64,000 nucleotides of DNA from Zygnema circumcarinatum SAG 698-1b (lineage: Eukaryota; Plantae; Zygnematophyceae). This document shows, in pieces, positions 49,748-60,600 of this stretch. Position numbers and translations under genes: made by a program. The first letter of the stretch is position 1, and each line of letters opens with the position of its first letter. Below the pieces are notes generated by a model. It searched no databases. It saw only the letters and a list, made by a program, of their open reading frames with translations, and had not been told where the DNA came from. The stretch covers positions 558,001 to 622,000 of the forward strand of contig CM074805.1 of the NCBI GenBank assembly GCA_037447605.1, read 5' to 3'.

Positions 49748-51133
49748 CTACTCATTGGCTGGAGTGAATTTCAACGAGACACTGTTCACGCAGTGGCGCT
49801 CATCAGTGGGAGTGGGAAAGCCTTCTCCCTTGAAGACGTGGCCGAGATGTCCTCCGCATGCAGTGCAGGTTATTTCGATCCTTCTCCCATCTGAATCAAC
49901 CTGCACAAAGAGAACAACTATTTCAAATAAGCATACCACATACCCACTGAAGCAGAATAAGTTTGAACAGCAAGGCGTGCAAGCGAATTAGGCATTCTTG
50001 ACTCCACTGACAACTGCCGAACACTTTCAAACATAAATGGGAGTAAATAAATTAAAATACTCAAGATAAAGCCTCCGATTTTCCCAATTTATCCATTTAC
50101 CAGTACCCTGTGAACTTTTGAAACTTATCAGAATCAGAAACCAAGTGAGCTAAACATCCTTAGCTAATGACTCCCAAGTAAATGGAAGTCGCTTCTCGGG
50201 TCTAGACGGCATATCCCATCACCCTGAAACAAGCCCCTCAGAACCTCCCTCTTTCCGGAAACGTCCAGCTGCAGATGTCATGGAATCCGCTCAGAAAGGT
50301 GCGAAGGAGCACTGGCCAGACTCGGCTCCCTTACACGGCTCCACAGGGCACGCTAAGAGAGAAACCGAGAGGAGCAAAGATAAAGACTTACATGTCTGCT
50401 GATTGCGCCAGGAATGCCGTCGTAAAACGCCGGCCAGCCGCAGCCGGAGTTGAACTTGGTCGTCGATTTGTAGAGAGGCGTTCCGCAGCCGGCGCATGTG
50501 TACACCCCCTCGTCGTAGTGCTTGTTGTACTCCCCCGTGCCGGGATACCTGCAACTCGCACAGCACAGACACAACATAACAACTAAAAGTCAGCTGAGGG
50601 ATTCCCGCACAATCAATATCCCCAGAAAATAAGCCCCTGAATAAAAGCATCCAAATCAACGGCCCACCGTCCTCACCTCTCCCTCTCTACCTCCCTGTCT
50701 TTCACCTCCATCAGCTCGACCAAGTGTCTCTCTATCAGTCACCATATCTCTGTCTTTCACTCTCTCTCTCTCGTTATCTGTCACACCACAACCCCCCCTC
50801 CCTCCCGCTATCCTGGAGTCAGGGCAACTCTTACTCTGTGCCCTTCATCCGCAGGATGCGGAACTGCTCCGGACTCAGAATCGCCCGCCATTCTTCTTCA
50901 CTATTCTTCACGCTGGTCGCCATACTCCTCACGATGGTCTTCCCTCGCTTGAGGGGTCCTCTCCCTCCCTGAGAGACCTCTGCCCCCGCGAAGGACTTGC
51001 CGAAACAGAAAGAAATCGGCCTTCCGGCAGAAGCTACGGAAACCACAGACGACGAAGGTGCGGCAGCGAGCGAGGCAAGCGGTGAGGCGGTTGCAAGAGG
51101 CTTGAGCAGAGCTGTGAAGTAGGGCCCGGCCAT
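49748..51133 (-). CDS. MSRB: Peptide methionine-R-sulfoxide reductase B, copy 2, with N-terminal plastid transit peptide
   Basis: complement(join(49748..49900,50392..50548,50835..51133)); Ser/Ala-rich, acid-poor leader [29 protein letters not shown]...TIVRS followed by [12 protein letters not shown]...GCGWPAFY...RHCVNS. Confidence 0.96.
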
Positions 51134-51314
51134 GGCTGCCGCTTTATCTGCAACCAAACGACTGCAAATGCACTCCTGCAGCGCTTTCCTGCTCCCTTTC
51201 TTTAGGTACGACCACGTCCGTACAACCAAGTTCGTACACGTTCCTACGTTCCTACGCTTCTTCCTTTCATTCGAGAGGCGTTACGTTCACAATGGAGGAA
51301 GGTCCACTGAACAA

Positions 51315-51425
51315 CCAGCCAACGGTTGCGACCCAGCCAACCATTGAACCCAATGGAAGGGTTGCAACCATTGGCTAGCGACCCAGCCAACCTTTGAAAC
51401 CAATGGAATGCTAGCAACCATGGAC
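51315..51425. repeat. Two imperfect tandem copies of an about 50-bp unit (gcgacccagccaacc.ttgaa.ccaatggaa.g.t.gcaaccat) upstream of MsrB copy 2
   Basis: Direct; contains CCAAT/ATTGG boxes. Confidence 0.7.
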
Positions 51426-52181
51426 CGAGCATCTTCCCATCTCGCCACTTACGAACGATTTGCATGTTGCGGGTCGGCATTGGAAGATGCTCAAGAGTGG
51501 TTCGCAATTGACGAGAAGGAAATTAAGATGGGCATTGATCTCATAATGGCGACGCCATCCAATTACATGGAAAAGGGCAATATGTAAAGAACCAATGTCA
51601 AACGGTTAGAAATGACCAAGGAAAGAAAGAACGGGTTACGAGCCGATGACTGCTGCAAGGCTTAATTGATGAGAGAGACAATGCAGCAGTGCATAGAGAG
51701 AGGGCGAGGGGCGATAAAGGATGATGAAATTGCGTAATGAGAAAAGGAGAGGGAGCCGCAGAGAGACGAAAAGAAGAGAGGGAGAGAAGGGAGGGGTGGA
51801 GGGAGGAGCCAGAGGGAGCGGGAGAGTGGAAAACACGGGCTGTGAAGCTCCTTGACCTTGTTCCCTAGGAACAGTTTGCAACTGGTGACGAAAAAATTGA
51901 AGTTGAAGTCAAACCAATGAGCAAATTCTGATTTTGCACTGTCTTAATGAGCACATGGCCCCACAGCAGCTGCCAACCAGGTATCAGCCAATCGCGGTTT
52001 GCCACACGGGCTTCCAAATAAAACTGCAGTCCCTTATCGGCTCATTTACATTGGACAGGTTGCCCTCAACGGATCCCAATCCCGAACCCTAACAATCACA
52101 AGGATGCAGTTGGTCGTCTACACTTAGACGGAGAGCCCGTTCCCGCCCATTCTATGCTTTTCTCTAACTTCATGTTCCTCC

Positions 52182-55100
52182 TCATACCTTATGCCTCTCC
52201 CTGTCTTCAATACCATTGCTTCCATTTATACTACGTTCCTTCTCATCCTTTTCAACCACCCTCTTTGACGCCCTCTTTCCCTTCTCCCTCTGCTGATCAC
52301 TCTCTAAGATAAAGTCTGACTCTCTGCTGTTGTACGCCCATCTCTCACCTTTCCCTCGTCCTTCAGTAACTCTAGAGTCACCATCGCCCTTCCGCTCTCG
52401 CATCTCTCTACCACTAACTCGAACCTTGCGAGCCTTGTCCTCCCACCCTTCCCCTTTTCGTCTTCCCTTCCCCTGTTCTGCCCTGTCGCCTTCGTAATTT
52501 CTCCTTGGTCTCGCTTCATCGTGATCACTACTCCCACTGCCCCGACTGTCCATTTCCCTCCGCCGATCCATAGTTCTCTCCCTCCTTTCCCCCCTCCCTC
52601 CATCCGATGATTCAGAAACTTCGCTTTCACTGGTTGCCTCCTTCCGACGCTTCTTACCCTTCTCTGCTCTTTCCTTTGCCTCACTCTTCTTCTTTCTCCG
52701 CCTCCTGCTTGCTCTCTCCTCTTCCGTGTCATCACTTGAGCTCTCACTGTCTTCCGATTCACTCTCCTCATACCTCTTTCTCTTCCTCCGCTCTCTGCTG
52801 TCCTCTGAATCTTCTTCCTTCTCCCTCTTTTTCCTCGACTTCCTTTTCTCGTCTTTTTCCCGTTTTCGCTCTTTTTTCCGTGCTTTTCTCTTCTCTGCTT
52901 TTTCCTTCCGTCGTTTTTTCTTCCTCTTCTCTTCCTGTTCTTCCTTCCTCCGTTTCCTTGAGAACTGCTCGAGAAGTTCTGCGGGGATGACAGTTCCCCC
53001 AACTTCCCTTCCTCCACCAAGGAATCCTGTAACCCTCGTGAAAAATATCCCGGTCATTTTATTTGAGCAACATGCAGTAAGTCATAGAGCATAGACTCGC
53101 TATTCCCTCTCCCCTATGTTTGGTTCAATACTCCGAAAACATGAAACAACGATCAAATAAAACTCTGCATAAAGGCCAAACAGAATGAGGCATGCTCCTT
53201 TCCAAATGAACTTACACACCTCCATACTCATCAAATACACATTCTTCTTCTTCTTCTGGAAGGATCTGTTGATTAGGATCATCCAGCTTGAACCCTCCTC
53301 TCGGAGGGCTACAGCCACCAGGTTGCTGCTTCAGCTCCCACTTCAGGGGCTGCAACAAAGGCAAAAACATACTCAGATAGAATATTCACTACTTCCTAAC
53401 CGGTGCTTCCTCGACTGAATCTGTTCATCTGCTTTCACTCATACCTAGGAGGGGTTTTTCTTTTCCTATTCCGAGTGGCACACGACCCACCCGATTGCTT
53501 TATAAAAGCAGTTCAAATACTCCATGTTTTCACGCAACAGTCCAAACCAAGGGCCGACGTTCCATATGTTGCACGTGGTTACAGATTTAAACATACTGCC
53601 TATTCCGCCGAGTCCTGCAAAATCTGTCAAACGCAATCCTACAATGGTATCTTACTTAGGGTAACCATGTATTGAATAACCCGTCAAACGATGGGTCGAA
53701 CACAATATTGACCTGACTTCCATGGTGTGTCCTTTTTTAGACCAAACACATACACACTCACCTCTGCGCTTTCTGTCATCATGAGCGAGATAGGATCTTC
53801 CCGCCTTTGCCTTTCCAACTCGACGGCTGTGAACGTATCTTTCATGGGGCATTCACGGTCTCCACTTTGATGGCCCATGGCCCCGCAACGCGCACATTTC
53901 ACATTGCGGATTTCAATTCCAAATGGCTTTGCTCTTCCGACAACTCCAGTTTCGTACCTGCAGGAAATACAGAAACATTGGGAGTTCCTTATTAGGCTCC
54001 TGTATAAAGTATGTACCAATAGCTTCCTTAAGGGTTCCTCTCTTATCTCATGTCAATATTTCTTTTAAACTTAACGGAGACAGGCCCTGAAAATGAAAGA
54101 CTCGCCGGTTTTCAATGGAGCGCCTTTCCATAGAATTTAGCGCGAACAGAGAAGCCGAACAGTTCAAAAGACTTGGATTTGAAACAGTCGGCCCTCTAAA
54201 GTCCGGCAAAAGAAAACCCCACTGTCACATGGCAAAGTAGCCGAGCAGAACATAAACCTACCGAGGTGCATCTTTCAACTCCGGAAATTCCTCCGCGGTG
54301 GCGATTGTCCTTCCAAAAATATCTTTTGCACGCGGTTTTCTCTTCTCCCCTTCTGGCCCTTGAATTGAAGACGGAATCAGACCTTTTTCCTCCCTGCAAG
54401 CGCACATTTTCCAACTACTGTAAGAGGCAGTTCCGGCCAACTGATTGCTGAGCCCCCCCACTCACCTTTTCATTCATAGAATTTGCGTTCAAGTCGATAG
54501 AATGATGCCCAAGTTACATGACTCTACCCGTTGCCCGCTCCTCCACTCACCCCCGCTCTGGGGAAGGCCTTGCGTTCCATTTCAGCTTGATCACCCATTG
54601 TTCCTTTTTTCAATTTTCGAACTACGAAAGGTCTGAACATCGACATGCGCATGCTTTCTAGTTCCTGCTTTGTCAATCCCAGCCTGCCTGTGCCCTTTGT
54701 GACTTACTTGTCAGGGCCGCCTATAGCAGCTGCGATTCCACTGCTTGCAAGCGCCTTCTTCTGCTCGTCCGCCATTTCCGCTGCCCTTGCGCTCTCTGCA
54801 TTGTACCCGGGAGGCTTGGTGTACATGAAGCTAACAGCTTGCATGGCCTCCAGCTGTAGGACACCCATGAAACACAAACGAGATGACTAATTGCAGTTTT
54901 GCAGTGGCACCATATACAAACATGGTCTGAATGATGCACTCTTTCCTGTTTGCAACTTGCGCATGTCAAGTTTCACACTTTTGCGTCGAGGATGTAGCTT
55001 TCTTTCAACGAAGTGACGAAGTGATCGAAGGGACCAATCCTTCATAACCACGGCCATGAACGGAAGTAAGGAAACCAAAGACACAAACCAAGTGCAAAAC

Positions 55101-55864
55101 TCTCGTGAACAGACCTCACTTGCTTAACATTTTCCACCGCAGAAACAGAAAGTCGCGACCTATGACGACAGAGAAATTTCACAATCATAACTAAGAGACA
55201 GTTTCCCTGCCACAAGCTCATCTTGCAAACTATTCCGAGAATGCTACGCTTGTATTGAAGTACCTTTTCTTTCTCCTTTTTCGATAGCATCGCAGCCTGC
55301 TTCAAGAAGTCCTGCTCCTGCGAGAACTGCATGCAACAGTCCATTCCGCCATAAATGTAAGCATGACTTCCCAACACCACATCAAGCCCATGGAAATCCC
55401 ATGGACACAGAAAATTCGAAGAAAGATTTAAATTGGAATATTATGTTAGAAACAAACCTAACGTTCGTTCTCATGGTGTCCCCTACCTTAACTTACCCAG
55501 CTTAAATTCTAAACCTTACATTAAGCGGGGTTGCCAACCTTATCATAACTCTAACCATATCAAACGCTAACTTTAAATGTACTGGAGTCCTTGATATAAT
55601 CCCGATCCAAATCCTAGTCCTATTCCTAGCCTGAACCCTACAACCCGCAACCTCAGATGTGCAAAGCGGCATCACCTCCTTCGCCACCTCCGTTTGAAGC
55701 TTTGAGTTCTGCAGATGTGTCTGTTCTGCAATCCATTTGCGTCTCTGGTTGGGATACGAGAGCGGGTGCCATGGCTTCTGATTCAAGTAGTTATGCGACC
55801 ACGCAGTGCCGGACTTCAGCTTGAAGTCCGCCTCCTCCGCCGGCGCCTTCCCGTCCTTGCGCAT
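52182..55864 (-). CDS. Cir_N domain + CCHC zinc-knuckle protein (CIR1/CWC25-related putative splicing factor) with K/R/E/S-rich tail
   Basis: LKSGTAWSHNYLNQKPWHPLSYPNQRRKWIAEQ (Cir_N)/VSFMYTKPPGYNAESA/EEFPELKDAPR/KPFGIEIRNVKCARCGAMGHQSGDRECP (CX2CX4HX6C-type knuckle); long charged last exon. Confidence 0.9.
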
Positions 55865-57697
55865 CGCTGTATGGTGTCGCCCCGGGGGCAACGCTCGTCT
55901 CCTTGATTGCTTCGAACTAACCTGCAGCCGCAGCAGCCTGCAGAGCGCTTTCAATTCGATGGGAGTCCAAGAATGGCCGTCTTTGGTTTGCCGTGTCTGC
56001 CACTCGTTACCATTTCAGGATGTTTTTTCATATCTGCACTTTCCTAAATACATTTGATGGGGTCGCCTTCGTGAGATCAATGACAATCCGCTCTTCGGTT
56101 GAGGAGCATTATTGCGAACAACTTAAAGTGAGAAAGTGCGGAATAGGGTGCTGCAACGGCACTACTACCCCCACCCTGCGACAGGACTGAGTTCAGGTTT
56201 GAGCTTTGAAGTTTGAACTTAACCACTGTCAAAATACATATTCCAGATAGCCCTTCAAGAGGGAAGCCACGGCGGCAGATTTGCAGCCAATTACTAAACA
56301 ACTAAGCTAAACTAAACTAACCAAACTTACTAAACTTTTCCAAATTGGCACAAACGACGTCCCGGCCAGGAGCGCTTTATGTCGAAGATCTGTTCTATCG
56401 TTTGTGACTAACCAAGTAGCCACAACTTGGCTACCCATTATTGGCTGACTAAAAGGTGAGTCAGCCTCGTCAAGATTCGGTACCTCGCCTCTCGCAGTCG
56501 CTCATGGGACCTCTCTGGGGCCTAACCAACCGGTGCTCGCCACGTGGAACCTTTGTCCCATTTTGCCTACTGGAGTGGCGCCACGTAGCCCTGATCATCT
56601 GGCCGTACTACAATGTACAATTTGTACGGTCGGTGGGCATTTGGATCAATGCGAATCTTCCGCGGTAGAAAAGCTTTTACTGTACCGTTTCTGGTCCGCG
56701 AGGCGTACGAAAAGAAGACTTGACGTTCTGTCCAATGACGAGATGACGCGTTTTCGGTGGAGAGACACGTGGTGGAACAGGAGTGGCCATTTCAGGCATA
56801 AAATCAGCATAGAAAATCTTTTCGCTTAAATGTTAACATGGAACTCGACAAGAACTAGAGATTTTACAACATGGAGAACTCCACAGCGTTAAGAACGACA
56901 GACAACGGTAAACTGGAGCATGGAACGTCGTTGCTCTGAAGGCGATGATGGCAGCCGAGGGCCTAGTGTATGGCCATAGCTTTCTGAAGAGGCCATGGCG
57001 GCCGGGGCTGCCGTGCACTCCAAAGGTGTCTTCTCTTGGCTGCAGATATCTCCGTTGATCGCCTCGGCATGATGACATGTGTGCAGGCGAGGTTCACTTT
57101 CGAGGGTGTTCGGCCCGTAGAAGATGCTTTGTGGCTGTTGCAGAGGTAGGTGGAGGGACTTCCAGTGAAGGGGGACGCCTGGATTCCTCTCTTGCAGCAG
57201 GGCAAGGAGGTGCAAGGACTGCAGCGGCGGTAAGGAAAACTCCCCTTTACCTCTTTCCTCCTTTCAAAGGAGGAAAGTGCCGGAATCTGGAAAGGATGGC
57301 TCGGTTAGGGTTTGACTTGCCAGTTGTCCTACACGTGACGTTCATGGATGCACGTGTTTGATCCCTCCTTTCGATATTTAATTAATTATATTCGTGTGTT
57401 CGTTTTAGGTCAGGCTTAGGAAGACTGAGATTTCTCTGACAGAATAATGTTGCGGGCATCCAAATCTTGCTTTTTGCTGGATTTTTCCTTGTTCAATACA
57501 TTTTTAGGGTATTCCGTTAGCTGCAGACAAATAGTGATGGGGCTTAGTGAGGGCTGACGATGAGAGGCGAAAGATCTTCATTTCCTGTTGAAGCAGATTT
57601 TCCATGGTCAGTATTGTAGCGTTCGACATCTTGAAGTCCTAAATGATTCAGCTCATCCTTTGTCATCTTTCACCTTCTTTTTTTTTTAGGTAGTGTG

Positions 57698-60600
57698 ATG
57701 GCGGTCAGGAGCAGAGTTCCGCAGCGGCTTTGGCTCCATTGTTTCCTGTTTGTGGCCTGTCTAGTTGCCGCGCCAATAGCAGGTGGACATGTCATCCATG
57801 GTAAGCTCTTACAAGGGCCCATTGCTGCGACTCATTTACTTTACCTTCGTCACGACCAACTTGATAATAGTGTTGGTGGCGGTCGCGAACTGGAAGAGTT
57901 GAGCGTTTGGAGTACAGTGGTCTGGGGATTTTGTAGGTTCAGTTATACCTTTAGCGTGGGTGTTGTTTTTACTGGCATTTACACGAAGGTGGTAGCCATC
58001 ACTTTGATTGCAGGGAAAACAAACGATCTTGTAAAGTTTTTTAAAGAGATCGATAGGGATGGCGATGGAGAAATTCAGCATTATGAGGCTGCAGCTTCTG
58101 CAGGGGTAAGTGTGCAAGAACGTTGATTTGCTCATTTTTCCAATCGGAACATTGAAACAAACAAACGAATCTGACTGTTTTCTTGTCTTCGTGGCACTTG
58201 ACTTCCCATACTGTTAAAGAACTGATTTCTGGCGTTCACGCCTTCCTTTTGGTCCCGATCATCGTTTTAGCAATGCGGGAGTCCCTTTCAAGAATTGTGT
58301 TTGCTCAAAAAGAGTGTAAAATGCTATGAACTGCATCCTCGTTCTAGCCTATGCCGTTGGTCAACTTCTAGTATGGGCTACTTCTCAGCTTATCATACTC
58401 TGTAAAGTTCTACATAATCTAAACGGTAGCTGCGACTGCTGTTCATTTTAACCCCTGACCTAGTGCGATTTTGAGCACACTATTCCATTGATTCAGTCAG
58501 AGCCCCTACTTTGCGCTTCTCATCGTGAAATTGGCAACTGCTGTGCCCTACTGCAGCTCTTTCAGGTTCTTCCAGATGGTGCAAATCCTCATTCAGACGG
58601 AGAGGAAACAACTACGTCAGACCCTTCAACACTGCAAGTCGCAGACTTGGATTTCAGCTATGGAGGGAGCACAATATGCGCAGCAGAACTTGTGGTACGC
58701 AGGGTCTCTCAAGAGTAGAGTGGGAGAAGAATGAGAAGGAGGGGCTATCCGCATAGTATGTTCGTTGCAGTTAATCACTTTGCGATCCTGCAAAGGGATA
58801 GGATAGGGTGTAAGATAAGCTCTTAGCCCCCAGCTCGTAACTGACTTGCTTTTAATTGATCCTTTTCGCTTGTCACACTGCAGGAGCATCTGGGCAACAT
58901 GCTCACAGGAGAGCAAGTGGTAGAATGGGTCAAACATGGCCTCCGTCTGCCGCAATACGCGGAGGCCTTTCAAAGAAACGCTATTGTTGGTTTAGATTTT
59001 CCGACTTTAATCTCAGATGATAGCAGGTCACTTAGTGAAGACTTGGGCGTGCAAAGCTCTTTACACCAGAAGAAAATTCACCAGTCAATCATGCGGCAGA
59101 TCTTTGGGCTGGGTAGACCACCAGGCCCCCCCAGAGCCCTTGAGTGTAAAGCTACCCCTTGTGGTTCAATTCAGCTTCAATGGGACCCCCCAGTCATTGT
59201 TGGAGTTCCACCTGTTCACAAGTATTTGGTCCAAAGGCGGCCTATGTCGACTCGTTCAGCAGCATGGGTAGAAGTGGGTGACCCCAATGAAGATGCTTTG
59301 TTGGATAATGGTAATCTATCCCCTGGGGTGCCCTACATATACAGAGTGCAGGCATGGGGGGGGCACGGGTCTTCGGAATGGGTAACGGTGGAAGGATGCT
59401 TGACGCTGACAGCTCTCGTAAAGGATTGCACTCTTGAAGGATGGGACTTCGAGAATGCGGATATACAGGCTATCACTTCATCATTGCTAGGAACACAGGT
59501 ATCAGGAGAAGGACGGGAGCAGAAAGGGGAGAAAACAAAGGCCACTCACAAGAGCCATTTCTGGAGTTACATGTACTCTGTCAACGGAGGCCTTGTGATG
59601 ATTGGGGTCTTGGCTCGGTTCAGTTTTTTCTCCAAAATGGCATTCACTCTTTTGGGGTTTCTTCAAGCGAACGTGGTACGAAAGCTTAAGTTAAAATATG
59701 CTCTCTCAAAAGCGAGCCCCTACTTTGCTGTTCGCATGTTTGCGAGATTTGTGGAAGCTGTTGTGTACTGTGTGGTCTGGGTGCAAGCCACTGCTAAAAG
59801 GGCCGTTGAGTCCTTATTGAGGGCCGGACATTTGGGGGGTAGGACGGAAGTAGGGGTGGGTTCGAGGGAGGGAGGAGGGCGGAGATGGTGGGAGCATGAC
59901 CTGAGCACTCCTGCGGAGTACACATGGGATGAGATGATGGCAGCAGTGAGTAAAACGGTGATGAGCAAAACGAAGGACATGGGTGGGACAGGTTCAATAG
60001 AGCATGCAGAGATGAGGCTAACTAAGTCAGAACCTATGCTCAGCCGTTCTTCATCAGAAGCGAGCAAGTCATCTGCTGACGGATTGTGGCCCTCGACTTG
60101 CACGAGTAGTAGCAATGGGGGTGGAAAAGGGAACAGCAGTACGAGTGGCAGCGGAAAGGAGGAATGGTGGAAACAGGAGGGAATTCGATCCTTAGACGGA
60201 AAGAATCTTTCCGCGGAAGATCTGAGAATTTTAGGGGCCATTGCTGTGTCTTCCCAAGACGCAGAGACGACAGTAGGGGGGAGGGAGGAGCTTATGCGCA
60301 GGCTAATGCTAATCAGCCGCAAATCAAGTGGTCTGAGGTCGGGAGGTGATAGGAGCAGCCACTCTGGGAGTGAGAGCGAGGATATGGAGGATGAGGAAGA
60401 GAAGGATGCTAATCAGTTTGAGCACAGTAACCACGGGTCGGAACTCAGAAGGGAAAGCAGCGAAAGTTCAAATGGGAGTCAGAAAGGGAGGTTCAGGTGA
60501 GAGGATAAATGCGATTTGTATTGTCTGCTAACGTCATTGTCTTCAATCTGCTAGCTTGATGCACGAGTACATGCTGGTTGACTGTCTCCCTCTTCCTTTC

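Noticed and set aside
51315-51425. Direct repeats that might suggest a CRISPR-like array
   Set aside because: Only two imperfect tandem units without unique spacers; eukaryotic context
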